Positions 11,001-48,174 of a stretch of 64,000 nucleotides of DNA are shown piece after piece. How positions within the stretch are numbered: position 1 is the stretch's first letter; each line of letters opens with the position of its first letter. The notes under the pieces were generated by a model. The model was not told where the DNA came from. It saw only the letters and a program-made list of their open reading frames with translations, and did no database searches. Position numbers and translations under genes: made by a program. The DNA is from an uncultured Gemmatimonadales bacterium (lineage in GTDB: Bacteria > Gemmatimonadota > Gemmatimonadetes > Longimicrobiales > Longimicrobiaceae), in NCBI GenBank assembly GCA_963716255.1, contig OY970303.1:7008001-7072000 (forward strand), given 5' to 3'.

Positions 11001-14000
11001 GTGTCGGGGCGGCCCGCGGATCTTCCGGGGGCGGAGGAGATCGTGGGGCTGTTCATCAACACCCTCCCCGTGCGGGTGCGCCTGAGGCCGCGGGCGACGC
11101 TGGGGGAGTGGCTGGCGCAGCTCCAGGGGGAGCAGGCCGAGGCGCGCGAGCACGACTACGCGCCGCTGGTGGAGGTGCGGAAGTGGAGCGACGTTCCCGC
11201 GGGCGAGGCCCTGTTCCGGAGCCTGGTGGTGTTCGAGAACTACCCCGAGGACCGGGCGGTGCACGAGAGGGCGGGGAGCGTGGAAGGGGTGCGGGCGCGG
11301 AGCAACCTCGTGCGGGGGCGGTCCAACTATCCGCTGTCGCTGGTGGCGCAGGGCGTCGCGCGGCTGAGCCTGGAGATCCACCACGACCGCGGCCAGGTGG
11401 ACGCGGAGGCGGCGGAGCGGCTGGCGAGCCACCTTCACGTGCTGCTGGAGGGGATGGCCACCCACCCCGAGCGCCGCCTGGCGGAGGTGGGGCTGCTGGG
11501 CGAGGGCGAGCGCGCGCGGGTGCTGGCGACGTGGAACGCCACCGCCGCCCCCCACCCCTTCGCCCCGGTGCACGAGCGGGTGTCTGCGCAGGCCGCGCGC
11601 ACCCCCGGCGCGGTGGCGGTGGTCTTCGGGGACGAGCGGCTGAGCTACGCCGCGCTGGAGCGCCGCGCGGGCGACCTCGCCGGCCGGCTGCGGCGGCTGG
11701 GCGTGGGACCCGAGACCCGCGTGGGCGTGTGCCTGGAGCGCGCGCCGGGGCTCGTCGTCGCCATGCTCGCCGTCCTCCGGGCGGGCGGCGCCTGTGTCCC
11801 GCTGGACCCGGCGCATCCGGCGGAACGCCTCCTCGCGCTGCTGGACGAATCCGGCGCCCGGGTCGTGGTGACCGCCGGCGCGGCGGCCGCGCGGCTCCAC
11901 GGGTACGCGGGCGCCGTGGTTCGCCTGGACACCGGCGCGGTGGCGGCCGGCCGGGCGCGCAGCGAAGCGCCGGCCGTCGCCGTCTCGGCGGAAAGCCTGG
12001 CGTACGTCATCCACACCTCCGGCTCCACCGGACGGCCCAAGGGGGTGATGGTCTCGCACGGAAGCCTGGCCAACTACCTGGCCTGGATCGGGCGAGCCGT
12101 GCTGGACGACCGGCCCGGCGCCATCCCCCTGCTCAGCCCGCCGACGTTCGACGCCTCGCTGAAGCAGCTGTTCCATCCCCTGCTGCGCGGCGAAGCGGTG
12201 TGGATCCTCCCGGAGGCCGTCGCCGCCGACCCGTCCGCCCTGCTCCGGGCGCTGGGCGGCCGCGGGGCGGTGGTGGTCAACTGCGTCCCGTCGCTCTGGT
12301 CGGCCCTCCTGGAGGCCCGGGCCGCCGCGGGTGCGCGGGGGCTGGAGAACGTCCGCCAGGTGCTCCTGGGGGGAGAGCCGCTCCCGGCCGGGCTGGTGCG
12401 TGCCACGCGCGAGGCGTGTCCCCGGGCGCGGATCTGGAACCTGTACGGTCCCACCGAGGCCACCGCCAACGCCACGGCGGCACGCCTTGAGCCGGGCGGA
12501 CGGGTGTCCATCGGGAGGCCGGTGGACAACGCCCAGGCGTACGTGCTGGACGCGGAGCTCGGGCCCGTGCCCGTGGGCGTGCCCGGCGAGCTGTACGTGG
12601 GCGGCGCGGGGCTGGCGCGCGGGTACCTGGGGCGGCCGGAGCGGACGGCCGAGGCGTTCCTCCCCGGGCCCTTCGGCGCGCCGGGAAGCCGGATGTACCG
12701 GACCGGCGACCGCGCCTGCTGGACGGCCGACGGGGAGCTGGAGTACCTGGGGCGGGCGGACCGGCAGGTGAAGATCCGCGGGTTCCGCATCGAGCCCGGG
12801 GAGATCGAGGCGGCGCTCCTGGCGCACCCCGGCGTGAGCGAGGCCGTGACGGTGGTGCGCGAGGACGAGCCGGGGGATCGCCGGCTGGCGGCCTACGCTG
12901 TGACGGCGCCCGGCGCGACGGTCCCGCCCACGGAGGGAGAGCTGCGGGCCCACCTCGGGGCGCGCCTCCCCGGGTACATGGTCCCCGGCTGGATCGTGCT
13001 GCTGGAGGCGCTGCCGCGGACGTCCAGCGGCAAGCTGGACCGGGGCGCCCTCCCCGCGCCGGCCGGCGCCCGCCGGGAGCGCGACCCCGTGGCCCCGCGC
13101 ACGGTCACCGAGCTCCGGGTCGCCGGGGTGTTCAGGGAGGTGCTGAACGCCGGGCCCGTGGGCGTGGACGACGACTTCTTCGAGCTGGGCGGGCACTCCC
13201 TGCTCGCCACGCGCGTGGTCTCGCGCCTCCGCGCCGAGCTCGCGGTGGAGGTGCCGCTGCGCGCGATCTTCGAGGCGCCCACCGTGGCGGCGCTTGCCCG
13301 GTCCGTCGACGCGATCCTCGGCACGGAGGCGCCCCCCGCCCCGCGCATCCCCCGCCGGCCGGGCGGCGGTCCCGCGCCGCTGTCGTTCGCGCAGCAGCGG
13401 CTCTGGTTCATCCACCAGCTCGACCCGCTGGGCAGCGCCTACAACATGCCCTACGCGCTGCGCCTGCGCGGCGCCCTGGACGTGGCGGCGCTGCGCCGCA
13501 GCGCCACGGAGCTGGCGCGCCGCCACGAGGCGGTGCGCACCGTCCTGGTCGCCGCGGGGGGCGAAGCCGTGCAGGTCGTCCTCCCCGCGGCGCCCGTGCC
13601 CTGTGCCGTGGTGGACCTCGCCGCGCTCCCCGGGGTGCCCCGTCTCGCGGAGACGATGCGCCGGGTGGACGAGGAGGGGCGGCGCCCCTTCGACCTCGCG
13701 CGCGGGCCGCTGCTCCGCATGCTGCTCGTGCGCCTGGCGGAGGAGGACTGGGCACTCTGCTTCACCATGCACCACGTCGCCAGCGACGGCTGGAGCATGG
13801 GCGTCCTGGTGCGCGAGGTGTCCGCTCTGTACGGAGCGTACTCGCGCGGGGAGGAGTCGCCGCTCCCCGAGCCGGACCTCCAGTACGCGGACTTCGCCGT
13901 CTGGCAGCGCGCGTGGCTCGCCGGCGAGCGCCTGGACGCGCAGCTCCGCTACTGGCGCGAGAAGCTGGAGGGCGCTCCGCGGGTGCTGGATCTTCGCACC

Positions 14001-17000
14001 GACTTCCCGCGCCGCAGCGCAATGGGCGTGATCGAGAAGGGGCGGCCGTTCGAACTCGCCGCCGGGCTGGCGGGGGCGCTGCGCGAGCTGGGCCGGCGCG
14101 AGGGCGCGACGCTGTTCATGACGCTGCTGGCCGCCTGGCAGGCGCTGCTGGGGCGCTACACAGGCCACGACGACGTGGTCGTCGGCACCGTGATCGCGAA
14201 CCGCACGCGCGCGGAGCTGGAGGGGCTGATCGGCTTCTTCGTCAACGCGCTGGTGCTGCGCGGCGACCTGTCGGGCGATCCGGACACCCGGGCGCTGCTG
14301 GGGCGCGTGCGGGAAACGACGCTGGGCGCTTTCGCGCACCAGGAGCTGCCCTTCGAGCGGCTGGTGGAGGAGCTGGCCCCCGAGCGCAGCCTGGAGCACA
14401 ACCCGCTCTTCCAGGTGGTGTTCGCCCTCCAGAACATGGAGCGGGGCGTGCTCGCGCTGGGCGGCGTGGAGATGGAGCCGCTGGGCCGCGGAGACACCGG
14501 GGCGAGGTTCGACCTGGGGGTCACGCTCTTCGAGGACGGGGAACGGGTCGTGGGGCACGTCGACTTCCGCGCGGACCTGTTCGAGGGCTCGACCATCGAC
14601 CGCATGGCCGAGCACTTCCACCTCCTGCTGGAGGCGATGGCCGCCGACCCCGGCCGCCGCCTCTCGGAAGTGTCGATCCTGTCCGCCGCCGAGCGGGCCC
14701 GGGTGCTGGAGGCCTGGAATTCCACGGACGCCCCGCACGACGACCAGGATCTCGTCCACGACCGGTTCGCGCGGCAGGCGCGCCTCACCCCCCACGCGCC
14801 GGCGGTGCGCGCCGGGGAGGACTCGCTCACCTACGCGGAGCTCGACCTCCGCTCCCAGCATCTGGCCCATCACCTCCGCGGCCTGGGCGTGGCGCCGGAG
14901 GTGCGCGTGGGGATCTGCCTGGAGCGCGGCCTGGAGCTGGCCGTGGCGGTGCTGGGCGTCCTCAGGGCCGGCGGCGCCTACGTCCCGCTGGACCCGGCGT
15001 ATCCCGCCGGGCGGCTGGCCTTCATGCTGGAGGACGCGGCCCCCGCGGTGCTGCTGACGCGGCCGGAGCTGCTGGACCGGCTGCCGGCGTTCGGCGGAGC
15101 CGTGGTGTGCATGGACCGCGACGCGGCGGAGACCGCGGCGCCGGCGGACGATCCGCCCGGGGGCGCCCCGTGCCCCGAGAACCTGGCGTACGTCATCTAC
15201 ACCTCGGGCTCCACCGGCAGGCCCAGGGGCGTGGGCGTTCCGCACCGCGCGCTCGCCAACCACATGAGCTGGATGCAGCGCGCCTATCCGCTCGCCGCGG
15301 ACGACCGGGTGCTGCACAGGACGCCGCTCTCCTTCGACGCTTCCGTCTGGGAGATCTTCGCCCCGCTCCTCGCCGGGGCCACGCTGGTCATGGCTCCCGG
15401 CGACGCCCATCGCGATCCCGCCGAGCTGGCGCGGACGCTCGTGGGGCAGGGGATCACCATCCTTCAGCTCGTGCCCTCCCTCCTTCGGGCCGTCCTGGAG
15501 GACGGCGGGCTGGAGCGCTGCACCACCCTGCGGCGCCTCTTCTGCGGCGGGGAAGCGCTCGCCGCCGAGCTCGCGGAGCGCGCCGGCGCCGCGTGCCGGG
15601 CGGAGGTGGTGAACCTGTACGGACCCACGGAGGCCTGCATCGACGCCGCCTCGCACACGTACACCGGGGACGGGGACGGGGACGGCGCGGCGGTGCCCAT
15701 CGGGAGGGCGGTGGACAACCTGCGCGCTTACGTGCTGGACCCGGTGGGAGCCCCGGTCCCGGTGGGGGTGCCCGGGGAGCTCCACCTGGCGGGCGCCGGG
15801 CTGGCGCGGGGATACCTGGGCGCGCCCGCGCAGACCGCCTGCCGGTTCGTTCCCGACCCGTTCTCCCGGGAGCCGGGGGCGCGCGCGTATCGCACCGGAG
15901 ACCGCGTGCGCTGGCGGGAGGACGGCGTCCTGGAGTTCCTGGGACGCATGGACCAGCAGGTCAAGATCCGCGGCTTCCGCATCGAGCCCGGCGAGGTGGA
16001 GGCCGTGCTCGCCGGGCACCCCCGGGTGCGCGCGGCGGCGGTGGTGGTGCGCGACGCCCCTTCCGGCGAGCCCGGCGACCGCCGCCTCGCGGCCTACGTG
16101 GTTCCCGGCGGCGAGCCGGACGGAGCCCCGGCCGCGCGGCTCCAGGAGGAGTCCGTGCGGCAGTGGGAATCGCTCTTCGGCGCGACCTACGGCGGCGGGG
16201 CGGGGGAGGAGGACCCCGCCTTCAACCTCGCCGGGTGGAACAGCAGCTACACCGGGGAGCCCATTCCCGGGGACGAGATGCGGGAGTGGGTGGAGGACAC
16301 CGTCGGCTGCCTGCGCGCGCTGCGTCCGCGGCGGGTGCTGGAGATCGGGTGCGGCGCCGGGCTCCTGCTCTTCCGTCTGGCTCCCGGCTGCGAGGAGTAC
16401 TGGGGGACCGACTTCGCCCCCGCGGCGCTCTCGTACCTGCGGGAGCAGCTGGCGCGCCCCGGGCGGGAGCTTCCCGGGGTGCGGCTGCTGGAGCGCGCGG
16501 CGGAGGACTTCGGCGGCGTGCCGGACGCTCACTTCGACCTGGTGGTCGTCAACTCGGTCGTGCAGTACTTCCCCGGCGTGGAGTACCTGCTCCGGGTGCT
16601 GGAAGGCGCGGCCGCGGCGCTCGCCCCGGGGGGGACGCTGTGGGTGGGCGACGTGCGCAGCCTCCCCCTTCACGAGGCCTTCCACGCCTCGGTGGAGCTG
16701 GCGCGGGCGCCGGAGGAGCTGCCCGCCCGGGCGCTGCGCGACCGCGTCCGCGGGCGGGTGGCGCGCGAGGAGGAGCTGCTGGTGGACCCCGACCTGTTCC
16801 GTGCGCTGCCGGGCCGCCTCCCGCGGATCTCGGGCGTGGAGACGCGGCTCAGGCAGGGCCGCCACCTCAACGAGATGACCCGCTTCCGCTACGACGTGCT
16901 GCTGCGCGCGGCCCCGGAGGCGGCGCCCGCCGCCCCCGCGTGGCGCCGCTGGGACGAGCTGAGCGGGCTGGAGGCGGTGCGCCGGCTGCTGGACGACCGG

Positions 17001-20000
17001 GCACCGGAGGCGCTGGCGGTCTCGGGCGTCCCGAACCCGCGCGTCGCCGGGGCGCTGGCCGTGCTGGACGCGCTCGCCGACGCGGCCGGAGCGGGGAGCG
17101 CGGGCGAGCTGCGCGCGCTGGCGGCGGAGCGGGAGGCGCGCGCCCCCGATCCCTGGGCCTTCCGGGAGCTGGCGGAAGCGCGGGGCTACCGCATCCGTGC
17201 GCGTGGGTCCACGCGGGGGCCCGGCGAGTACGACGTGCTCCTGTTCCGGGAGGGCACGGCGGCGGCGCTCCCGGAGGAGCCCGGCGCGCCCCGCCCCTGG
17301 AGCGCGCTCGCGAACGACCCGCTGGCGAGCCGGCGGGGAGAGTGGCTCCTGCCGGAGCTGCGCGCCTGGCTCGGGGAGCGGCTGCCGGAGCACATGGTGC
17401 CGTCGACCCTCACGATGATGGAGACGCTTCCGCTCACTCCCAGCGGCAAGACCGACCGCCGCGCGCTCCCGGAGCCCGAGGCCGCCCGGGCGGACGCGGC
17501 GCTCCAGGCGCCGCGGAGCGCCGCCGAGGAGATGCTGGCCGGCATCTGGGCGGAGGTGCTGGGGCTGGAGCGGGTGGGGGTGGCGGCGAGCTTCTTCGAG
17601 CTGGGGGGCCACTCGCTGCTGGCGACCCGGGTGGTCTCGCGGGTGCGGCAGGCGTTCGGGGTGGAGCTGCCGCTGCGGGCCATGTTCGAGTCGCCCACCG
17701 TGGCCGCGCTTGCCCTGCGGGTGGAGGCCGCCCTGGGCGCGGAGCCCTCCGCCGTCCCGCCCGTCACCCCCCGACGGGGGGACGGCCCGGTGCCGCTCTC
17801 GTTCGCGCAGCAGAGGCTGTGGTTCATAGACCAGCTGGACCCCCGGAGCTCGGCGTACAACGTGCCGGCCGCGCTGCGGATCCGCGGCGGCCTGCGCCCG
17901 GACGTGCTGGAGCGCGCGCTCACCGAGATCGCGCGGCGGCACGAAGCGCTGCGCACCGTGTTCGGCTCCGCCGGCGGCGAGCCGGTGCAGCTCGTACGTC
18001 CTCCCGCGCCGGTGCGTGTCCCGGTGGCCGACCTGCGCCGCCTCGGCGCGGCGGCGCGCGAGGCCGAGGTCCTTCGCCTCGCCGCCGGGGAAGCGGCGCG
18101 GCCCTTCGACCTGGCGCGGGGACCGCTCCTCCGCGCCGCCGCCGTCCGGCTGGCCGAGCAGCGGTGGGCCGTGTTCTTCACCCTGCACCACATCGTCTCC
18201 GACGGGTGGTCCACGGGCGTGCTGGTGCGCGAGGTCTCCGAGCTGTACGGGGCGCTTTCCGAGGGGCGCGAGCCGCGGCTCCCGGAGCTGCCGGTGCAGT
18301 ACGCCGACTACGCCGCCTGGCAGCGCGCCTGGCTGGCGGGCGGGACGCTGGAGGCGCAGCTCGCCTGGTGGCGCGAGCGGCTTCGCGGCGCCCCGCCGCT
18401 GCTGGAGCTGCCGACGGACCGTCCGCGGCCGAAGGTGATGGACGCGCGCGGCGCGTCCGTCGGGATCGACCTGCCCCAGGAGCTGTCCCGGGACATCGAG
18501 GCCCTGTCGCGGCGCGAGGGGACGACGCTGTTCATGACGCTCCTGGCCGGGCTGCAGGTGGTCCTTGCCCGCTGGTCGGGGCAGGACGACGTGTCCGTCG
18601 GCTCCCCCATCGCCAACCGCGCGCGGCTGGAGACCGAGAAGCTGATCGGCTTCTTCGTCAACACGCTGGTGATGCGGACCGACCTCGCCGGCGACCCCAC
18701 CGTGCGCGAGCTGCTGGGCCGGGTGCGCCGGGGCGCGCTGGGGGCGTACCAGCACCAGGACGTTCCCTTCGAGCGCCTGGTGGAGGAGCTGGCCCCCGAG
18801 CGCAGCCTGTCCCACTCGCCGCTCTTCCAGGTGCTCTTCGCCCTCCACGACGCCGATGCCGGAGAGCTGCGCCTGGGCGCGCTGGAGATGGAGCCGCTGG
18901 CCGCGCCGCCGGAGGGCGCCAAGTTCGACCTGGCGATCCACGTAGGGGGGGCGGGGCGCGTCGCCGGGAGCGTGCAGTTCCGCACGTCGCTGTGGGAGCG
19001 CGCCACCGTGGAGCGCATGGTGGAGCACCTGGCCGCCGTGCTCCGGGGGATGGCCGCGGCGCCGGAGGGGCGCATCTCCGGGCTGGAGCTGCTGGGCGCG
19101 GGCGAGCGGGTGCAGGTGCTCCACGCCTGGAACGCCACGCGGGCGGAGTACCCGGTGGAAGGCGGCCTCGCCGCGCTCTTCGAGGCGCAGGCGGCGCGCA
19201 CGCCGGACGCCCCCGCGCTGGTCTTCGGGGACCGGGCGCTCAGCTACGCCCGGCTGGAGCGGGAGTCCGGCCGCCTCGCCCGGCACCTCGCGGCCCGGGG
19301 CGTGGGGCCGGACGCGCGGGTGGGGCTGTGCGCGGAGCGCTCGCCGGAGATGGTGATCGCCGTGCTGGCGACGATCCGGGCCGGCGCGGCGTACGTCCCG
19401 CTGGACCCCGCGTACCCCGCCGGGCGCCTGGCGTACATGCTGGAGGACTCCGCGTGCCGCGTGCTGCTCACCCAGGAACGGCTCGTCCCCCGTCTCCCGC
19501 CGCACGGGGCGGAAGTGGTGCTACTGGACGGGGAACGCGACGATGCCGGAGACGCGGTCGCACTTTCGCACCCGCCGTCCCCCGAGAACCTGGCCTACGT
19601 CATCTACACCTCGGGCTCCACGGGGCGGCCCAAGGGCGTGGCGATGACGCAGCGGCCGCTTCTCAACCTGGTCGCCTGGCAGCTCCGCGAGTGGAGCGGC
19701 CGCCCGGCGGCGCGCACGCTCCAGTTCGCCTCCATCAGCTTCGACGTGTCCTTCCAGGAGATGTTCTCCACCTGGGCCTCCGGGGGCACGCTGGTGGTGA
19801 TCCCCGAGGAGACGCGCGGCGACGTGGCCGCGCTGGCCCGGCTGGTGGAGCGGGAGCGGATCGAGCGCATCTTCCTGCCCTTCGTCGCCCTGCAGCACCT
19901 GGCCGGGGCGGCGCTGGAGCAGGGGATCGTCCCGGCCGCGCTGCGCGAGCTGACGACGGCCGGCGAGCAGCTGCGGGTGACGGAGGAGGTGCGCGCGTGG

Positions 20001-21008
20001 CTGGCGGCGATGCCGGGGTGCGAGCTGGTGAACCAGTACGGCCCCTCGGAGACGCACGTGGTGTCGGCGCTGCGGCTGCGGGGGGACCCGGCGGCGTGGC
20101 CGGTGCTCCCCGCCATCGGCGGGCCGATCGCGAACACCCGGCTGTACGTGCTGGACGGCTCGCTGCGGCCCGCGCCGGTCGGCGTCCCGGGGGAGCTGTA
20201 CCTGGGCGGCGACGGCCTGGCCCGCGGCTACCTGGGCCGGGCGGAGCTGACGGCGGAGCGGTTCGTCCCGGACCCCTTCGGCGGGGTCCCGGGCGGCGCG
20301 CGGCTGTACCGCACGGGGGACCGGGCGCGCTGGCTGGCGGGCGGGGAGGTGGAGTTCCTGGGGCGGGCGGACCAGCAGGTCAAGGTACGCGGCTTCCGCA
20401 TCGAGCCCGGCGAGGTGGAGGCCGTGCTGGAGGGCCACCCGGCGGTGCGGCGGGCCCTGGTGCACGCGTACGAGCACGCCCCGGGCGACCGCCGGCTGGT
20501 GGGGTACTTGGTCCCGGAGGAGGGGGCGGAGGCGCCGGACGCGGCGGAGCTGCGCGACTTCCTCGGCGCCCGGCTCCCGGAGTACATGGTGCCGCCGGCC
20601 TTCGTGGTGCTGGAGGCGCTGCCGCTCACCCCCAGCGGCAAGGTCGACCGCCGCGGGCTCCCGGCGCCGGACGCGGCGGCCGGCGAGGCGTACGTCGCGC
20701 CGCGGACCCCGACCGAAGAGGTCCTGGCGCAGATCTACGGCGAGGTGCTCCGCGTGGAGCGGGTGGGGGTGCGGGACGACTTCTTCGCGCTGGGCGGCCA
20801 CTCGCTGCTGGCGACGCAGGTGGTCTCCCGCGTGAGGAGGGTGCTGGGGGTGGAGGTGCCGCTTCGGGCCGTGTTCGCGGCGCCCACCGTGGCCGCGCTG
20901 GCCGCGCGCGTGGAAGAGCTTCGTGCCACGGCGGCGCCCCCGACGCGGGACGTGGCCGCGGTTGACCGGTCCACTAGGGTCAGGACCAGGGAGCGGCCGC
21001 GGACGTAG
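2085..21008 (+). CDS. Hybrid PKS-NRPS megasynthase A: KS-AT-T-C-A-T-E-C-A-T-C-A(N-MT)-T-C-A-T, no loading domain, no TE
   Basis: Single open frame 2052-21008. The start could be GTG 2052, ATG 2085 or ATG 2232; the last has AGGA 8 nt upstream. Motifs seen: KS TACSSS/EAHGSGT/KSSIGHL, AT GHSLG/HAFHS, carrier GGHS/GGDS, C HHxxx[43 protein letters not shown]. Confidence 0.95.
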   Translation: MAIPEPRTREAAPESPRAGAGRADARRQHEARPPRDAATTPHEPPRNASMRSAGEHHVAIVGMAGRFPGARDVDEFWRNLRSGAPSLRRFTEAELAAAGVSPREFRAPGYVPVAGELEGAELFDAAFFGLTPREALVMNPQQRVFLECAWEALERAGYASRGFGGRMGVYASEGDNRYLLDVLSQRSLVQAVGAMQVFLHNAASVATLTSYKLGLKGPSLNVQTACSSSLVAVHLACQGLRTGETDVALAGGVRISVPRGRGYRYQPGGILSPTGEVTPFDAEARGSVAGSGAGVVVLKRLADALADGDVIHAVIRGSAINNDGDEKMGFTAPQWEGQAAVIREALAVAGVEAGDVTYVEAHGSGTEVGDPIEVTALTAAFGRGRPGSCALGAVKSSIGHLDAAAGVMGLIKAVLALENGEIPPSPYYRTPNPRIDLERSPFYVNAELRPWARGGTPRRAGVSSFGMGGTNAHVVLEEAPKGKPSGPSRPWQLLVLSARTSSALDAATSRLAEHLRAHPEQKLADVAHTLGVGRRRFAHRRVLVCRGREDAAAALETLDARRLVEGVQERDTRPVAFLFPGVGDHYAQMARGLYEAEPVFRREVDRCAELLHAHTDTDVLEALFPGDPAPEQTAGGAAADGGAEESIDLRGMLAGGAARSGDPLGQTEAAHPAVFVVEYALARLWMSWGVCPQAMIGHSLGEYVAATVAGVFTLEDALELLAYRAGLISGLPAGAMLAVPMEPSALAPRLRGGLALAAHNAPGLCTVSGPVEAVAALEAELIAEGVACRRLNAEHAFHSAEMEPVAAGLADRLRAMRLAAPEVPFVSNVTGTWIRAEEATDPEYWARHLTRTVRFAEGMGELLRDGSRVLLEVGPGRTLGTFALHAGAAESAVFASLRHAYTRRADQAHLLETLGRLWVAGVRVDWEAFAAGERRRRTLLPTYPFERQAYWVERQRRPRRRRPGAPKAGRAAVGEGVAGALPAGLAEVASEYATGQATGLQPRPETGTRYVAPEGELQARMAALWGDLLGFQDIGAHDDFFSLGGHSLLATQLIARVQDEFGAAVSLNAVFDDPTVAGMAAKVAALRADAHAELPSAIHPAPRTGPLPVSYHQERLWVLDRLEPGSPMYNVPTGSWLRGPVDVDAGRRALAEILRRHEVLRSVYAETGDGLVQVVREDTEVPLPVDDLSDVPEAERLRTVRARFTAEARRPLDLENGPVVRARLLRLDAELHALLVTFHHIIMDGWSGGVFIHEWTTLYGAFRAGKPSPLPELPIQYADYAVWQREQLSGERLEEHLAFWRESLRGVSPVLELPTDRPHPPVQSYRGGLYGAALAPALVERVRALAAREHTTFHVVLAAAFQALCFRYTGQEDFAVGSVAANRRPETEGLIGFFINTIPVRARPSARLRFAEVVGQARAFMAAAYAHAEVPFQMILDEVKPERDSSRNPLIQVMLGIQAPGAHGPPPEDESGMTTQLLEDSVLPLGDSGTSKFDLTILVEEGAEPSAMLEYNSDIFERATAVRFLEHYVVLLEAVVEAPGTALEDIALLLPEERRQLLEGWASATGLPPAPVGLEAALSSQTGTIPGRVPGRDGYSVAELEALAEWVASALRLARPGEEAVEAGGAWVPVHERVLARAAETPDAVAVASGGERLTYGELARRSAEVAVRLRGLGAGPETRVALLAGRSPELVVGMLATLRAGAAYLPIDPGTPAERVRVILADAAAPVVLADAALAERLEGFGGGVIVLDAPLPQDNSVEAGAREALPQNWGRVAALRPPGGGLSADPDSAAYVIYTSGSTGTPKGVVVTHGGLANLVDWHLGEFAVTAADRATQLAGLGFDAAVWETWPYLAAGAALHLVADEDERTSPEALQALLLERGITLAFVPTPLAEGMLGLEWPRDAALRALLTGGDALRARPAAGAPFALVNNYGPTENTVVATSGAVGPEGGGRAPGIGRPIRGVRAYVLDPGLNPVSMGVPGGLYLAGAGVARGYLGQAAMTAEAFVPCPFGEAGGRMYATGDRVRWLAGGELEFLGRTDHQVKLRGFRIEPGEVESVLLRNARVRECVVVVRQDAGGRRMVAYVAGSGLPDAEALRTRLRESLPEYMVPGAFVALERLPLTSSGKVDRGALPDPAREDGGDHAAPRTPAERALTEVWSEVLGVERVGIHDRFFELGGDSILAIRVATGARRAGLQLLPRQLFEHATIAELARVVGTAAAIVAEQGPVTGPAPLAPIQRSFFAQDDVAPHHYNQAVMLVPPRALRPRLLERALTALAAHHDTLRLRFRSGKDGWTQLHAPAGEHVPLAVIDLSRLDGAPRGGALAGAADQVQVSLALERGPVARAAHFHLGDGGPGRLLLVLHHLAVDGASWRILLEDLESAYLQLERGEPVRLPPKTTSWKTWTERLAEHSRALETVAEAAYWISQARRKVAPLPLDDPEGEDTARGEASIAVRLDADETGALLRDVAAAYRASIDEVLLGALASTVARWTGDGRVRVELEGSGRDEERFADLDLSRTVGWFTSLYPAVLELPEDRGAGAVLKAVAEQLRRVPHRGLGYGLLRWGGGKRAGEKLAAAPRSEVAFGWLGQLEETVAEHTFFRLAPEPAGASQDPRRVRSHRLEVIGAVKGGRLSVTFGYGAATHRRETIERVAAWYAEELRALIAHCRGAGAGGRTPDDFPLAGLDQAALDTLLGSERGGVEDVYTLTPMQEGMHFHSLLSPGSGVYVGQFGYLLEGPLDVQALDRAWQYAVGRHEILRASFAWEGLPRPVQVIHREATLPFRVEDWRGLGGAERQVRLEQHLEADRLAGFDTGRAPLMRVGLFRLEEEEHQLLWTHHHLVMDGWSLSLLFRDVLAAYAAHVRGEAPRAAPGVRFREYVAWLERQDRSRAENFWRRALAGFDSPTPLPVPGTARTGEEGQGTAALLLSEERSAALQERARRWGVTPSTLVQGAWALLLARYAGTDDVLFGATVSGRPADLPGAEEIVGLFINTLPVRVRLRPRATLGEWLAQLQGEQAEAREHDYAPLVEVRKWSDVPAGEALFRSLVVFENYPEDRAVHERAGSVEGVRARSNLVRGRSNYPLSLVAQGVARLSLEIHHDRGQVDAEAAERLASHLHVLLEGMATHPERRLAEVGLLGEGERARVLATWNATAAPHPFAPVHERVSAQAARTPGAVAVVFGDERLSYAALERRAGDLAGRLRRLGVGPETRVGVCLERAPGLVVAMLAVLRAGGACVPLDPAHPAERLLALLDESGARVVVTAGAAAARLHGYAGAVVRLDTGAVAAGRARSEAPAVAVSAESLAYVIHTSGSTGRPKGVMVSHGSLANYLAWIGRAVLDDRPGAIPLLSPPTFDASLKQLFHPLLRGEAVWILPEAVAADPSALLRALGGRGAVVVNCVPSLWSALLEARAAAGARGLENVRQVLLGGEPLPAGLVRATREACPRARIWNLYGPTEATANATAARLEPGGRVSIGRPVDNAQAYVLDAELGPVPVGVPGELYVGGAGLARGYLGRPERTAEAFLPGPFGAPGSRMYRTGDRACWTADGELEYLGRADRQVKIRGFRIEPGEIEAALLAHPGVSEAVTVVREDEPGDRRLAAYAVTAPGATVPPTEGELRAHLGARLPGYMVPGWIVLLEALPRTSSGKLDRGALPAPAGARRERDPVAPRTVTELRVAGVFREVLNAGPVGVDDDFFELGGHSLLATRVVSRLRAELAVEVPLRAIFEAPTVAALARSVDAILGTEAPPAPRIPRRPGGGPAPLSFAQQRLWFIHQLDPLGSAYNMPYALRLRGALDVAALRRSATELARRHEAVRTVLVAAGGEAVQVVLPAAPVPCAVVDLAALPGVPRLAETMRRVDEEGRRPFDLARGPLLRMLLVRLAEEDWALCFTMHHVASDGWSMGVLVREVSALYGAYSRGEESPLPEPDLQYADFAVWQRAWLAGERLDAQLRYWREKLEGAPRVLDLRTDFPRRSAMGVIEKGRPFELAAGLAGALRELGRREGATLFMTLLAAWQALLGRYTGHDDVVVGTVIANRTRAELEGLIGFFVNALVLRGDLSGDPDTRALLGRVRETTLGAFAHQELPFERLVEELAPERSLEHNPLFQVVFALQNMERGVLALGGVEMEPLGRGDTGARFDLGVTLFEDGERVVGHVDFRADLFEGSTIDRMAEHFHLLLEAMAADPGRRLSEVSILSAAERARVLEAWNSTDAPHDDQDLVHDRFARQARLTPHAPAVRAGEDSLTYAELDLRSQHLAHHLRGLGVAPEVRVGICLERGLELAVAVLGVLRAGGAYVPLDPAYPAGRLAFMLEDAAPAVLLTRPELLDRLPAFGGAVVCMDRDAAETAAPADDPPGGAPCPENLAYVIYTSGSTGRPRGVGVPHRALANHMSWMQRAYPLAADDRVLHRTPLSFDASVWEIFAPLLAGATLVMAPGDAHRDPAELARTLVGQGITILQLVPSLLRAVLEDGGLERCTTLRRLFCGGEALAAELAERAGAACRAEVVNLYGPTEACIDAASHTYTGDGDGDGAAVPIGRAVDNLRAYVLDPVGAPVPVGVPGELHLAGAGLARGYLGAPAQTACRFVPDPFSREPGARAYRTGDRVRWREDGVLEFLGRMDQQVKIRGFRIEPGEVEAVLAGHPRVRAAAVVVRDAPSGEPGDRRLAAYVVPGGEPDGAPAARLQEESVRQWESLFGATYGGGAGEEDPAFNLAGWNSSYTGEPIPGDEMREWVEDTVGCLRALRPRRVLEIGCGAGLLLFRLAPGCEEYWGTDFAPAALSYLREQLARPGRELPGVRLLERAAEDFGGVPDAHFDLVVVNSVVQYFPGVEYLLRVLEGAAAALAPGGTLWVGDVRSLPLHEAFHASVELARAPEELPARALRDRVRGRVAREEELLVDPDLFRALPGRLPRISGVETRLRQGRHLNEMTRFRYDVLLRAAPEAAPAAPAWRRWDELSGLEAVRRLLDDRAPEALAVSGVPNPRVAGALAVLDALADAAGAGSAGELRALAAEREARAPDPWAFRELAEARGYRIRARGSTRGPGEYDVLLFREGTAAALPEEPGAPRPWSALANDPLASRRGEWLLPELRAWLGERLPEHMVPSTLTMMETLPLTPSGKTDRRALPEPEAARADAALQAPRSAAEEMLAGIWAEVLGLERVGVAASFFELGGHSLLATRVVSRVRQAFGVELPLRAMFESPTVAALALRVEAALGAEPSAVPPVTPRRGDGPVPLSFAQQRLWFIDQLDPRSSAYNVPAALRIRGGLRPDVLERALTEIARRHEALRTVFGSAGGEPVQLVRPPAPVRVPVADLRRLGAAAREAEVLRLAAGEAARPFDLARGPLLRAAAVRLAEQRWAVFFTLHHIVSDGWSTGVLVREVSELYGALSEGREPRLPELPVQYADYAAWQRAWLAGGTLEAQLAWWRERLRGAPPLLELPTDRPRPKVMDARGASVGIDLPQELSRDIEALSRREGTTLFMTLLAGLQVVLARWSGQDDVSVGSPIANRARLETEKLIGFFVNTLVMRTDLAGDPTVRELLGRVRRGALGAYQHQDVPFERLVEELAPERSLSHSPLFQVLFALHDADAGELRLGALEMEPLAAPPEGAKFDLAIHVGGAGRVAGSVQFRTSLWERATVERMVEHLAAVLRGMAAAPEGRISGLELLGAGERVQVLHAWNATRAEYPVEGGLAALFEAQAARTPDAPALVFGDRALSYARLERESGRLARHLAARGVGPDARVGLCAERSPEMVIAVLATIRAGAAYVPLDPAYPAGRLAYMLEDSACRVLLTQERLVPRLPPHGAEVVLLDGERDDAGDAVALSHPPSPENLAYVIYTSGSTGRPKGVAMTQRPLLNLVAWQLREWSGRPAARTLQFASISFDVSFQEMFSTWASGGTLVVIPEETRGDVAALARLVERERIERIFLPFVALQHLAGAALEQGIVPAALRELTTAGEQLRVTEEVRAWLAAMPGCELVNQYGPSETHVVSALRLRGDPAAWPVLPAIGGPIANTRLYVLDGSLRPAPVGVPGELYLGGDGLARGYLGRAELTAERFVPDPFGGVPGGARLYRTGDRARWLAGGEVEFLGRADQQVKVRGFRIEPGEVEAVLEGHPAVRRALVHAYEHAPGDRRLVGYLVPEEGAEAPDAAELRDFLGARLPEYMVPPAFVVLEALPLTPSGKVDRRGLPAPDAAAGEAYVAPRTPTEEVLAQIYGEVLRVERVGVRDDFFALGGHSLLATQVVSRVRRVLGVEVPLRAVFAAPTVAALAARVEELRATAAPPTRDVAAVDRSTRVRTRERPRT
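2250..5345 (+). other. Gene A PKS module KS-AT-carrier, no KR/DH/ER
   Basis: KS about 2250-3520 with intact C/H/H triad motifs. AT about 3810-4780. Carrier FFSLGGHSL near 5205-5230. No reductive domain lies between AT and carrier. Confidence 0.9.
5400..10090 (+). other. Gene A module C-A(Leu)-T-E, predicted D-Leu
   Basis: Pocket read by hand as DAWFLGNVV, the classical Leu code. The carrier has GGDSI, typical before E domains, and an E domain follows. Confidence 0.8.
7381..7433. repeat. REP-like palindromic element inserted in frame in the Leu A domain
   Basis: Perfect 10-bp stem CCCTCCCCCA-gaat-TGGGGGAGGG, then a GGCGGC/GCCGCC hairpin and a GGGTGGGGG tail. Translated as [18 protein letters not shown]. 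Confidence 0.7.
10185..13320 (+). other. Gene A module C(DCL-type)-A(uncertain, Glu-like)-T
   Basis: C has [12 protein letters not shown]. Pocket read as DAKNLGLAN; Lys at 239 is shared with Glu-type codes, but I know no exact match. Confidence 0.6.
13375..17735 (+). other. Gene A module C-A(Gln) with inserted N-methyltransferase, then T
   Basis: Pocket DAWQFGLID (Gln code). An insert at about 16140-17330 between A8 and A9 carries [17 protein letters not shown] and NSVVQYFP motifs typical of NRPS N-MTs. Confidence 0.85.
17790..20920 (+). other. Gene A module C-A(Pro/Pro-like imino acid)-T
   Basis: FDVSFQE, FLPFVAL, TAGEQL and [11 protein letters not shown] give pocket DVQFTAQVV, close to the Pro-type DVQxxAHVV. 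Confidence 0.7.
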
Positions 21009-21185
21009 AGCGAGCCGGCCGCGCGGCCCGCGGGACCTCGCCGACGGAGACCGCCCGGGGCAGACGCTCGCTCCGGACGGTTCCCGCTTCCTGCCCGCTC
21101 CCGTCTACGAGGAGCCGTCGCCCGCGCTCTCCAGCGGACGGACGACCATGGCACGATGCGGAGTGCGGGTGGGGCTCGCCAACCG

Positions 21186-21222
21186 GTTGCGCTTAATTTC
21201 AGACCCTTATTAATTCAATCGG
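21186..21222 (+). promoter_or_regulatory. AT-rich promoter-like motif upstream of gene B
   Basis: GTTGCGcttaatttcAGACcctTATTAATTcaatCGG, homologous to 1993-2029. Confidence 0.5.
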
Positions 21223-21460
21223 CTGGAGCGAGGCGCGGATTGCAGGGAGGTGGGAGCCTGTGTGCGGGGTGGTCGGCTCGCCGGCGGGATCGAGCCGGCT
21301 GCGGCACCGCGGAGGCGCTCGCCGCTCCCCCGTGCTGCCCTTCATCTCCGGCAGACGCTCGGTTTTATTTCGTACCGGAGCGGATCGTGGAGGGGCGCTC
21401 CTGATCGGCCCCAGCTTGTTTTCGTTGATGCCGCCTGTCCCATACCCGTTTGCCGCTCAG

Positions 21461-47573
<26,113 letters not shown>

Positions 47574-47793
47574 GCGGGCCGGTCGCGCGGCCCGCAGGAT
47601 CTCACCGACTGGAGGCCGCCCGGGGCAGACGATCGCCCCGGGCGGCCTCGCGTCTACCCGCTTCCGGCCGCGGGGAGCCGGAGGGGTGCGGACCCGATCG
47701 ACGGTCGCGGCGGCCAGCCGGCCGATGCGGAATCCGTGAGAATCGGGCTCCCTGAATCATCGGCAGGGCGCCGAAGGCAGGGATGCCGTGCAG

Positions 47794-47846
47794 CTCTCCC
47801 CCTTTCCCCCGCTTGCGGGGGAGAGGGGGCCGGGGGGTGAGGGGGC
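47794..47846. repeat. Intergenic REP-like palindromic element
   Basis: CCCCCTTTCCCCCGC-tt-GCGGGGGAGAGGGGG stem followed by CCGGGGGGTGAGGGGG. Confidence 0.7.
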
Positions 47847-47869
47847 CGGCACTCACGGACGCCAGCACC

Positions 47870-48005
47870 AGCCCCGCGTGAGGGATTTCGGCCCGAAGGG
47901 GCGAGACCGCGCGGCTGTTTGCGCGGGCTCGACTCCGTTAGCCCGCGTCGTTTGCGGGCTTACGGAGCCGAAGCCCGACCCCGGCGCCAGCCGGGGGCAC
48001 GCCCG
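47870..48005. other. Highly structured intergenic element (nested hairpins; possible MITE-like repeat or structured RNA)
   Basis: Nested stem CGGGCT..CTCCGT-t-AGCCCGC/GCGGGCT-t-ACGGAG..AGCCCG, plus hairpin CCCCGGC-gcca-GCCGGGG (47979-47996). Confidence 0.45.
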
Positions 48006-48053
48006 AACCTATCCGTTCAACCGCCTTCGAACGGTTCCGGAATGTACCAAGGC

Positions 48054-48110
48054 TCCGCTGGACGGATATCCGCTGGACGGATTGTGCGAGATCGTGTCAC
48101 ATAATATGCT
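48054..48110 (+). promoter_or_regulatory. Sigma70-like promoter for gene C with an adjacent tandem repeat
   Basis: TTGTGC (48082-48087)-N17-TATGCT (48105-48110). TCCGCTGGACGGAT occurs twice, at 48054-48067 and 48069-48082. Confidence 0.45.
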
Positions 48111-48174
48111 TGTGGCCCGCGTTCGGGGACAGGCCCCGGCTCCACTTCTCCCATGCGCCTGTCTCGGGTCTGCG

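Noticed and set aside
2490..19505. 5671-aa minus-strand ORF and other very long antisense ORFs (21365-27073, 34644-41120, 41556-47366, 53437-59811, 59693-63889)
   Set aside because: Shadow frames of high-GC NRPS genes. They are Arg/Pro/Gly/His-rich, have no recognisable domains, and mirror the sense codons.
20700..21008. Thioesterase or reductase release domain at the ends of genes A and B
   Set aside because: Only about 30 residues follow the last carrier in each gene, with no GxSxG or NAD-binding motif.
47788..48174. N-terminal extension of gene C in the ORF track
   Set aside because: It runs through palindromic repeats and a promoter-like region. C-domain homology begins at ATG 48175.
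47574..48174. CRISPR array, tRNA or intrinsic terminator in the intergenic hairpins
   Set aside because: No regularly spaced repeat-spacer units, no cloverleaf, and no U-tract after the stems.
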